Under the pieces are notes generated by a model, which was not told where the DNA came from, made no database searches, and worked only from the letters and a program-made list of their open reading frames with translations. The translations under genes and the position numbers were made by a program. DNA of 63,756 bases, filler included, from Collodictyon triciliatum (Eukaryota): the NCBI GenBank assembly GCA_043381765.1. It is 4 parts of 4 records of this genome, joined end to end, with 100 filler letters (N's around TTAATTAATTAA, not from the genome) between each part and the next. Parts side by side here need not be neighbours in the genome. Positions count along the whole stretch, not along the records: positions 40,215 to 60,215 come from JBHJMP010001270.1; positions 60,316 to 63,756 come from JBHJMP010001335.1; 2 more parts are not named here. The stretch is one strand, 5' to 3'. Shown here piece by piece: positions 50,850-63,756 of the stretch. The stretch's first letter is position 1. Each line of letters opens with the position of its first letter.

Positions 50850-53800
50850 TTTTAATTCTGCTACCTCTTTCCTATATCTTTTCTATCTCGATATGTTTTT
50901 CAAGAATTTCAGCACTATATCACATTTTGGTTGACAACTTATATATCTTAATAGAACTATGCGTTCTGTGAGATTTAATAACATAACATCATCAATATCC
51001 ATCGCAGGTGATGGTATCATCAACTTGATAAAACTTCCCAGTCTTTCTCTGATATTTGCATCAAACAAAGCCCGCGGAGCCAGCTATCTTGACTGCAAAG
51101 CATGTTTCACCAGCAAATATCATTTACTCTCGCCTTGAAGATGTGTCTTATCCGGTATGCGCAAAATAATGATAATTGTACTAATTAATCAATACCTAAT
51201 TAGATCGAAGAGTCTGGAAGAATTTCTATAGCTGCTGTAGTTAAAAAGAAGCTATGCTTGTTGACTTATGCATCAGGAGACAAGGATTTGAATGAAACAA
51301 AGGTAACTGTCCATCGGCTTCTCCTATTCTTGTTGAAATGATTAATTTTACATCGCCATGAATTTGAACACAGTAAAAAAAAAAAAACTTCTTTCTCGCC
51401 CAAAAAAAGTGCATACAACTGTCCTGATAGAAACTCATTGGTACAGGAGTTTGCTTTGCCAGATACTCCTAAGGTGTTGAAGTGGTGCGGAAACTCAATA
51501 TACATGGGATTTAAACGAGAGTATTCTCTTTTGAACATACAGTCTGGCTTCATCACCGAGGTATGTTTCAATATGTTTCAATACGTGTACTTTATTTCAA
51601 TTCATCATGCTACTGATTGTTTAATGTATGAAAGTTTGACTGTAAATTACAAAAGCCTTCGCTCTGTTTGCTTAATGGATTGCCCTTATTTAGCTATTTC
51701 CTATGGGGAAAACAGGTGGTCCATTTATAACGTCATTCCCAAATGATGACGTGCTTCTAGGAAAGGACAATATCCCTTTGACTTTTTTTTTTTTACTATT
51801 TATTTTTGTTCAATTTTTTTTATTAATTTTTCTTCTCTTAATTAACCATCAAATCCTTTTTTTGTCGAGAATAATTTCCATAATTTATTATTATGTCAAA
51901 CAAAAGTTAGGAGTAAAGCCGATTTAAATCAATTTTATTGTCTTCTTGCATCATCCTTTTAATTCAACAATATGAGTATTGCCTCTTAACGAGCCTCAAA
52001 TGTGTCGATTTTCTACGGAACAGACGGAAAGCCGACGAAAAAATTTGGGCTTAGTTGGAGTGAAATCCCGCAGGATATTGGTCTTGAATCAAATACAATC
52101 ATTCAAATTGTGTTGAACATAGTAAAATAACTGGAATATATTGCAATATATTTTCATTTTTTTTAATGTTTTTTTGTATACCTTCTCAAAAATATCGCTA
52201 ATTTAGTATGTTCCGATCCATATGTTCTTGGAGCTCTTCCTAAATATCTGGAAGTTCGCCGCCTAGAGGGCGTTGGAATGGTTCAATCGGTTCAGATTAA
52301 GGCATTCAGAATAGTGCGCACGAGAAATGGCGGTATTTTTGCAGCTTCTCCCATGGTTGTTTGGCGCTTGCTGCCTGTCCCACTCAGCGCACAAATTGAA
52401 CAGATGGCGTCCGAAAAGGATTTTGAGGAAGCAATCAAACTGGCGGAAAAATTAACGCGAGAGGACCCCGATAACAAAGAAATAGTAATTTCTCTCTACT
52501 ACTCTTTTATTATTCTCTTATTATTTATTCAGTTACGTGCCGAACGATTCAAACCATATGTAGACCATCGAATATGTAATATATATTTATAAGTAGATGT
52601 GATATTCACCTTTTGTATTTAAAGTTTAGATAAAAATGCGTCGACGTTTCTATTTTACAATTTTCACATTCACCTTCACGCTAACTTGAAACTTTTTATT
52701 GTAAGGCTGAAAAAATCAAGAGCATTCATTGGAAATATGCAATTCATACTCTACAAAGGCGAGACTATAGAAATGCAATGGACCACTTCCTTTTGGTAAT
52801 ATGACCCCAATTTACAAACAACTGAAACAGTTTACAATTTTTATTCTTTTTTGAATATATTCACACATTCCTTTCTCCCCTTCCCCTTCATTCTTTTGTT
52901 ATCATATCAATTTTATTCTTATTGTATGTGTCTCTTACTGTTTTTGTGTGTCTCAATCGAGAGAGGGCCGTAGTGAATTATAAACTTATTTATTATCCTA
53001 AAACTCTGATTGCTTTTCGTCATGCAGTCTGCTGAGGACCCTCAGTATCTTCTTTTATTATTTCCTGACGTTTTACCAGCTGACCTGAAGCCTACAATTG
53101 CGCAACATCCCGACCTTCGCGGATTTTGTAATGATTTTACAGTATATACTACCCATAGTTACTTAAATTAAAACACGCAGATATAAGCCTTCTTTGCCCT
53201 TCTCCCCATAGGATTTGATGGAGAGAGAGGGGGAAAAAGGGAGACTGACACAAAATTACATTCTAGTTTTGGAACGGGGTGAATATGACAAAGCCCTATC
53301 TGATTTTGTCGGATACCTTGCTGCTATTAGAAAGTCACGCCAATCAAACTTATCTGCATCTGTCAGACAACAAGTAGATACCGCACTTTTACATGGTAAT
53401 GAATTCACGAATGTTGGATTCTATAGTGCAAATATTGATTATCATTCCTGGCAATACATATAATTATGAAAATAATATAAATGTAAAAATACTTTAAAAA
53501 ATTATTGGGCATCGTCTTGCATACCTTTCACACGACTTGTACCTCCTTGAATTAGGATACTTGCATACAAACGAAAACCTGGTTTCTCATCTTCTTCGGT
53601 TGCCAAATAACTGCCATGTGGAAGAGAGTGAAAAAATGCTGAATAAGCTCAAGGTTGGCAACCATTTACTTTGTTCCTGAGATAAATCAAGCAAATGATA
53701 ATTGCTACCGTATATAAATACATTAGAAACATGCTGAGTTGATACTTCTCTACAAAGGAAAAAATAAACATGAAAAGGCTCTTCAACAATTACAAAAGTA

Positions 53801-54868
53801 TTTAATTCATTAAAATAGAATTTTAATTTATTTTCTGTTTTTGAACTTAAAGTATAATAATGAATCGAGGCCATTAGACGAATCACTTTTAAGCATATTA
53901 TTCCTTATTCGTATTATTGCTTTTTCTTAAAATAAAAATATATTGATCGATGAAAAAAAAATGAAGATGGGGACAACCTGATGGGCCTCTTCCTGGGCCC
54001 GATTATACTATAAAATATTTAAAGGATTTGACAGCTGAGAATACGAAGCTTATACTGGAATTCTCAAAGTGCATTTTTTGTACATCAACTTTACTTTGCA
54101 GCACAATACCCAGTATTTTAAATTCAGTATCCCTGTATTGTTTCAATTTGAGTCTATCATTTACGGTCTCTCCATCCCAGTTCTAACCTTCCTTTATCGA
54201 TTCATTGTTACATGTCTATTTATTAATATATAAAGATGGGTTCTCACTTCGCACCCTGACAAGGCTATTGAGGTTTTGTTTAGTCTATTTAAGAGACTTG
54301 AATCGATTCACGATAAGAATTCTAACTTTTTTTTTGATTCAATGCCTTTGCTACAGATATTCATATCCGAATTTCCTGAAGACCAGCAGCCAAGTGTCCC
54401 ACGCGAACAAGTTGTCACGCATCTGCAAGGCCATGCACCTCAGGTATATGACAGTAAAATAACAGCGTGTGTGATGAATATTATTCTGTCAACAACTTTC
54501 CATCGGTAATCAAGGATCGATTAGTATTTCAAACTGTGTCATGTATTTTAATACAATTTCCCTTCCTATAGCACGTAATCACATTTTTGGAACATGTCAT
54601 TAACTCATGTGGTGAAAAAGGACCCGAGTTTCACAATGGTATTGATTTGAATTCATCTATTGATCAAAAAAAAATATCGCTACTTCGTTATCACTTTGTG
54701 CGTTGTATCTGACTCTTTGTGTGCCTTTATTCACGCCTTATTATTGATAGAATTGATTAGTAGCTATTTGCAACAGTATACTCGCTACGTTCGAGAGAAA
54801 CCAGAACTCGGTAAGTTTTCGACAGTATCTTTAACACCAAAGTATATTGGTGTTATTTGCGACAGTGC

Positions 54869-54966
<98 letters not shown>

Positions 54967-56525
54967 GCAACGCGTCATATTTTTTTTCTACAATTTTTCT
55001 AGCTGAAGCAGTCCGCAGGAAACTCCTAGCATTCCTTGAGTCATCCAAGTATTACAACTCAGAAAAGATGCTCAGTCGCTTTCCTCCGAAAGGTTTTAAT
55101 ATTTAATATACTGGCATAATAGAGGGGTTAATGTGAGACAATATCGTATTGTCACAAATTCTTTTTTTCTTTTTTTTTCTTTTTTCTTTTTTTTCATTTT
55201 TTTTTTCAGAACTTCACCACGAGCGTGCATTGCTTTTAAGTCGGATTGGGCGTCACAGCCAGGCCCTTGAAATATTTGCACATCATATAAATGATCCGAT
55301 TAAGGCAGTTGAGTATGTTTTCTTATTTATTTATTTTTTGGCATCCAAAAGGCTCTTAAAAATAGAAGTGCAACATTTTGAAGACATAAATAATTTTTAT
55401 TTTAATTTACCTTTGGTTACTTACTTTACATCGCGCACAATAGATATTGTGCCAAGTACTACAACCCGGATACAGAAGAAGGGCGAGATGTCTACCTTTC
55501 TCTGCTGCAAGTATATCTTCAGCCACCAGGAGGAAAATCCCCCATGATTCGACCAGCCCTTCAGCTCTTGGATGAGCATTTTTGCGAGATAGATACATCA
55601 AAGGTTTCAAATCATAACTCTATAATATGATTACGTCGCAGAAATACTTTTATTTGTCTATTTTCTTTTCACTACTAGACTGATAACTATTTTTCTTTGC
55701 TTAAAGTCTCTAGTTTACTTTAATAATAATTCGTGTGGTTTTATCTCTGTGATGTAGGCCCTTGAACTTCTACCTCCCAACATTTCGATATCTGACCTTC
55801 TTCCGTTCTTTGAGGTATTAATGATATTATTATTGCCTCATATACCATATACATACAAAAAAAAAACCTACATTCGTCTCCATTTTAATCCCCTTTATTT
55901 TTTATTACACGATTCAATCATTTGTGTATATGTTTTTCTACTGCATTATAAGTTCTGATTTCGCAGGCTATTCTCCGTGATGAAAGTCGTTCAAGAAGAG
56001 AAAATCAAATTGTCCGGAACATTCACAAATCAGAAAATATTCAAGTAAATTTTTTTGATTAATTTATTTAATTCGGTTCTTCTCTATTTAAGTATTTAAT
56101 TATCATTAAAGGGCATCAAATTGTGACGGTCTTATTTATTTTGGTTTCTCAACAATTTACTGAGAGAAAACCAGAGGCCTGTCCGCTTATACTATATCTT
56201 GAGTTCATGTTAACCTGGATGTCTCTTTGTTTCTTTTCAGATCCGAGAGCAACTCATCCGCACACGCCTCCCTGTCGTGAAAGTTACAGAAGACTTGTCA
56301 TGTTCTGTTTGCAAGCGTCGGATTTGGCCCAGGTACCCACTAAGTCTAGAACACTTAGTTTTTTTTCCTTTTTCTTATTTACTTCTATTGCAATACATCG
56401 CACTCATAATGAACCTTTCAAGTGCCTTCTATCGTTACCCAAATGGCACTGTTGTCCACTTCGGCTGCTGCAAAGACAAGCACATTTGCCCTAAGACAGG
56501 CATCGATTTCTCAAACCTCGATTAA
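49558..56525 (+). CDS. VPS39: Vam6/Vps39 (HOPS subunit): CNH domain, CLH repeat, C-terminal zinc finger, ~27 exons
   Basis: LPDTPKVLKWCGNSIYMGFKREY, VDTALL, LLRLPNNCHVEE, EFHNEL, ERALLLSRIGRHSQAL, CSVCKRRI...FYRYPNGTVVHFGC. Includes one GC-AG and one AT-AA intron. Confidence 0.95.
49573..50128. repeat. Polypyrimidine compound microsatellite (TTTTTC/TTTC)n filling VPS39 intron 1
   Basis: Direct reading of the sequence. Confidence 0.95.
51770..51999 (+). other. U12-type (minor spliceosomal) intron with AT-AA termini
   Basis: 5' ATATCCCTTT; branch-site-like CCTCTTAAC at 51982-51990; ends CAA; removal restores LLGKD-N-VSIF. Confidence 0.8.
54870..54965. repeat. (CA)n microsatellite in a VPS39 intron
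   Basis: Direct reading of the sequence. Confidence 0.97.
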
Positions 56526-57561
56526 TAGCGATACAGTCTCATCAAATCCTCAAAAAAAGATTTATTCGATTTTATTTCCTTTTTTCTTGCCGAAGTTTTC
56601 CTTTTTTATTCCATTTTTTCTGCTTCACTTCTGAAAGAATTATTGATGTCCAACAAATGAACAGGTGGCGGGTTAAAACTCCCGACAACAAAATACAGTT
56701 TGATTTTACTCCTAATTTCTTTGTTCTGGTCATCAGACCCATTTTGTCGGTGTCCATATCGATTGCTCCTTCAACCCGAAGAAAAACAATTCATGACTCA
56801 GACCAACAACTCCGAAATAACCCTTACCATATTATAATAACACCAAATATGTTCAAAAAAAAAACACCAGGAAGGTTAAACATCGTCATTCAAAATAGTA
56901 CCCAGCTGCTTATGGAGTTGTTTACAAGATTAGATAACATCCATTCGACTGGGAGGGAGGGAGAGAGGAACAAAAATAGCGTTTTTCGTCATTTAGTTTT
57001 TGGCTGCTTATTATCTTTGTCTTTGTGTGTTCAAGCTGTTTTCTAGCTTACATATAGTATATTACTATATCTTTATTTTCCATCTCGACTCCCCCATTAT
57101 ACTTTGAACTACGGTACCTAGGCTCATTATTTATTGGGAATCCTTGCTTTCGAATTCCTCTGCCACTGCGTTCATCGCTGGGCAATCATCCTCGCGCGAC
57201 ATGTGCAGAGAACGCTCGTTTTCGTGGAACAACTCACTTTCCAATCAACCTATCCTGTTTCCCTGCAAAGACACTTGAGACGAATCAAATTAAGACACGA
57301 TTTGGATTATCCCGTCACCACCGTTCGCATTGACGCCGACCGCAGCCCTTTGCTTGCTTGCTTGCTTGCCATCACGCTGCCACACAAAGCACACGCCACA
57401 ACCACAGAAACCTAAAGGGCGGGAGTTCTGGTTGCACATACCTTATTTGGGCACATAGAAACAAACAGCGCCGAAGAACGAAGCACATCGCAAAGCACAA
57501 AGGCCAACTCGTTTTTTTAGGCGCACCGACTACAGAGAATCGGCCGCACTCGACAAGAAAA

Positions 57562-60050
<2,489 letters not shown>

Positions 60051-60110
60051 GTATATGCTCTTGTATAAAGTTGAATGGCTCTAAGAGGATGAAATTTGAC
60101 TGCACCTGTC

Positions 60111-60215
<105 letters not shown>

Positions 60216-60315
60216 NNNNNNNNNNNNNNNNNNNNNNNNNNNNNNNNNNNNNNNNNNNNTTAATTAATTAANNNNNNNNNNNNNNNNNNNNNNNNNNNNN
60301 NNNNNNNNNNNNNNN
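60216..60315. other. Artificial contig spacer
   Basis: N44-TTAATTAATTAA-N44, flanked by (TAT)n and (GTA)n. Confidence 0.97.
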
Positions 60316-60412
<97 letters not shown>

Positions 60413-60923
60413 ATTATTGATAAATTAGACGCCCTCCTGTCTATTTTTTAAGTCATGTTGGATATTCGTAGAATATCATAGCATGTGCTTTTTATTTGGT
60501 GACACAATGTGACCATATTACAGGTAACACAGTAGAAGACATGGACAGCGAATCAATCATAAATTCGATACGATTTCTTTAACAACCATTCACTGATATA
60601 CTCAACAACATTACAAAATGGAAAACAATGGGCATGGACAAATATTGCAGTTGAAGGAAGGACAGAGAAAAGCGTTGTAAATACCTCAGGAGACAGACCA
60701 GTCATAGTTCTCACATCAATATGTCAATATTCATTCACGAGCAGTATTGGATGAGAATTAATAATAAATAAACAAGATACTGATTATAATGAAAGGAATG
60801 ATCACACAAGATACGAATCAAAACTATAAATAATTGGAGTGGATTTATATACCATCTTTTCTCTTCTTTTTCTGCAATGAGACAACACTCGTTTTTTTTC
60901 CCGTTAAACTGGTAAATGTTTGA

Positions 60924-62936
60924 TTAGTCAAGGAGTTTATGGATTCGCTCGTTCTTTTTTGACATGACCAGGCGATAAAAATCAATGATTTTCAAAGAGG
61001 CCTCGTACGCAAGGTCCCAACAGAACCAAAATGAATCCTGCTGGAGCGGACCGAGTGTGTGCGAAAGGACAGTGCCTTCAGAAACATTGTCGAATCCAAG
61101 CGTGATGATACATTCGGACGTCTGTTATGAGTTGAATTATTCAGATGGCACGATTGAATTTTGTTTACCCCTCTATTCACAAATATAACAGATATTCTCT
61201 ATTTTTCTTCTTTTTCCCTTGTCTTGGTGGGGTGTAAGCAAGGCGTTTATCATGTGAATGGTATTGAACAGGGAAGGTTATATTTCGTTATAATGATTGT
61301 CTAACAGATTCAATTAGGATTCTGATTAAAGATAGATATAAACCGTTCATTACTTTAATGAATTCCAAGTAAAAATGGATTATTATAATTATAATCACAA
61401 TAGTAATGATATTGTGGCAACTTGTAGAATTTTGGGGAGTGATTGGGACATATGCCTTACATTTTCCTCTGTGGTGGTCGAGTCGTTGAGCACATGGCCA
61501 TTCCTAACCACTAACGATGTCGCAGCAACAACTGATTTCATGCTGATTCCTGCGTCCAAAAGCGCAAGGCTGGCAGCATTAACGGCAGCGGCCAGAATCT
61601 GTTCATTAAGAATATGTCCATGTAATTCTAAACATATAAGAAGTATAAAATTATTCTATGACCAAAAATTAAATAGTGTATCGGTGAAAATCCCGTCATG
61701 AGAGAGGTAGATAGATAGAGGCTGAGCAAAACGGGAGCTACACGCACCGAACCATCATCGTTAATAACTTGAACTGTAATTTGGATGGACGTCCTCGGGT
61801 GAAGTGTCGTCAAGATAATGGACTCCATGGTTTTCTTAATAACGAGCGCGTATTCTGTATCCTGCGTTGCTGTATATTGGACAAAAAAAAAGTTAAAAAT
61901 AATCCGTCCATTTAATCCAAACAATAGGTCAGACTTTAAATGAAAAGGAGGGAAAGAGACTGAACTAAAAGCTGGATGAATTGGCCAAGATGGAATTATT
62001 TTCTACTTATTGTATTTTTTTTTCCTTTATTCGATTCAAAGTATTTTCTACTTATTGTATAATAAATTTCGAATCGGATGAATCACATTAGCAGGTATGA
62101 CAATACTTACATTGCAATGAACTCGTTTGTTTAAAATATACTTCCACTGTGGCCCTATCTGCTTGTTCTTTCCTGGTCTATAGTGCAAAGGTTTATATCA
62201 ATCTTTAAGAGGTATAAGGTGTGTACCAAGCTTCTTTTTAATACGAAATATTCATGGTAAAAAAATAATATTAAATGGAACATCGAGTATGTAAACAATT
62301 ATACACTTATCACTCAAGTAAATATATGATAAATTGTCTGTATGATATCGATATGATATTTGTAGAGTCAAACAAACCGGACACTCAACCGGACCAAACA
62401 CAGCTGCTAGTACAGTAGAATTCCCTTTACAAATATAATGCATATATTATTTAAAATATCTGTACAATATGTTCCAATCAATATATGGCTTCAACAAGGG
62501 CGACAAAATAGCCTTATTCGATTCTTTTTTTGTATGTCTGACTTTACATATGAAAAAGAAATAAATAGGAATTCTAAATAGATAAACAAAGGCAAGGCTG
62601 TAAACTAAACTATGTCGATAATGGCAATAGTATAAAGATAAAGTCATCAATTTTAATGGTAGCATTGTTGAAATATGGGTAGGATTGTTGGCAAAAGTAA
62701 ATTATGTTAGAATATCACGAAAAGGATATAAAAGCACCATCATTAGAATCTTCGGGAGAGAGAAAAAAACACAGCGGAAAAGGGAAACGAAAACTAAAGA
62801 ATATGCTCTGACCAAAAGAAAACCGGGCAGAGCCGTCAGCCTTTGTTAAAACTCCAAACTCTGCTGCAAAAGGGCGCAACTGATGCTGTCCGCGGCCTTG
62901 ATCGCGGCTGATTGAGGCGGCTTCGATGCCTTCCAT
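60924..62936 (-). CDS. RRP46: Exosome complex RNase PH-like subunit Rrp46 (6 exons)
   Basis: LRP...GVLTKADGSARFSFGNSTVLAAVFGP...[38 protein letters not shown]. Confidence 0.92.
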
Positions 62937-63291
62937 CTGTGCTTTCAGAATCCACCTTTGTCATTCAGAAAACGAAAAAACGAAAAAAGAGCAAAAAGTA
63001 GAACAAAAAGGACAAAAAGGACACAAAGGACACAAAGGACACAAAAAGGACACAAAGAGCAATTAAGAAAACAACGAAAAACAGAGGGAAAAGAACGAAA
63101 AGGACAGAACAAATGGGAAAAAAGGACAAAAAAAGCGCCGAAAAAAAAAAAGAACACAGTCAAAGTAAACAAGAAAGTCAAAGAACGGCGAAGAGAACAG
63201 GTTCTTCACTCTTTCGACCAAACCGCCACACGCGAGATTAATCTGCCTTTATTTGGGGTGGGTTGAAGGTTTATTCCAGCGAGTCTGTCCT

Positions 63292-63654
63292 CTAGATGCC
63301 CAGATAAGTGGAGCGCTTGTTGCGGATGGCGTAGAAGGCGCCGGCAGCAGCGACGAGGGCCGTGCAGCCAAATCCGACAGAAAGCCCGATGATGAGCGCT
63401 GCAGTGGAGAGAGAAGAGAGAAGAGAGATGTGAGATGTGAGAGACAGCAAAATCCCAATATTGCTGAAGGTGGGGCTCTGATTATCATCACGAATTGCTG
63501 CAGACACAAGCGAGACGCTTATGAGGGCGGGATTTGATTGCAGTACCAGTATCATCATCGTCCTCATCTTTGCCATCATTATTGTCGACGGGCACATCCA
63601 CAAACTCGAATGAGAATGGCTCGGAAAGGGATGCACCGTTCAGAACAGCCTGCA
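63292..63654 (-). CDS. C-terminal part of a single-pass membrane protein
   Basis: ALIIGLSVGFGCTALVAAAGAFYAI TM followed by RNKR and a stop; upstream exon structure uncertain. Confidence 0.55.
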
Positions 63655-63657
63655 TAG

Positions 63658-63756
63658 GTGTGATGATGAGTGTGATGATGAGTGTGATGATGAGTGTGAT
63701 GATGAGTGTGATGATGAGTGTGATGATGAGTGTGATGATGAGTGTGATGATGAGTG
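63658..63756. repeat. 12-bp tandem repeat (GTGTGATGATGA)n
   Basis: About 8 perfect copies running to the window end. Confidence 0.95.

Noticed and set aside
62720-62729. U12 donor-like ATATCCTTTT (minus strand) in RRP46 intron 1
   Set aside because: The GT-AG junction FSF-G-NSTV already restores the conserved protein.
63658-63756. CRISPR array or telomere repeat
   Set aside because: A perfect 12-mer tandem with no spacers, sitting upstream of an acceptor site, so most likely intronic.

Overview
Eukaryotic nuclear DNA from an intron-rich, microsatellite-rich organism using the standard genetic code. It is probably a ciliated protist (inferred from a tectonic gene), and it appears to have a minor U12 spliceosome. 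The window is four pieces (1-20003, 20104-40114, 40215-60215, 60316-end) joined by artificial 100-nt N44-TTAATTAATTAA-N44 spacers, so adjacency across the gaps is probably not real. Gene models spliced by hand: RPLP1, a ~27-exon DPP4-family peptidase, a TMEM163-like protein, a GT92-like glycosyltransferase, a degenerate LINE, a REJ/GPS surface protein, an FLVCR-like MFS protein, a Ki-67-like FHA + RVxF protein, an LRR protein, TMEM18 (partial), an intronless secreted-WD40/Cys-rich/multipass protein, an ankyrin + YjjX-type NTPase fusion, VPS39, tectonic (partial), RRP46 and three hypotheticals. Most notable: a U12-type AT-AA intron in VPS39; the ankyrin-YjjX fusion, which has a junction that cannot be spliced in frame with GT-AG; the Ki-67-like protein; and the extracellular WD40 receptor candidate. 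All family calls rest on motif recognition from memory, not on database searches.
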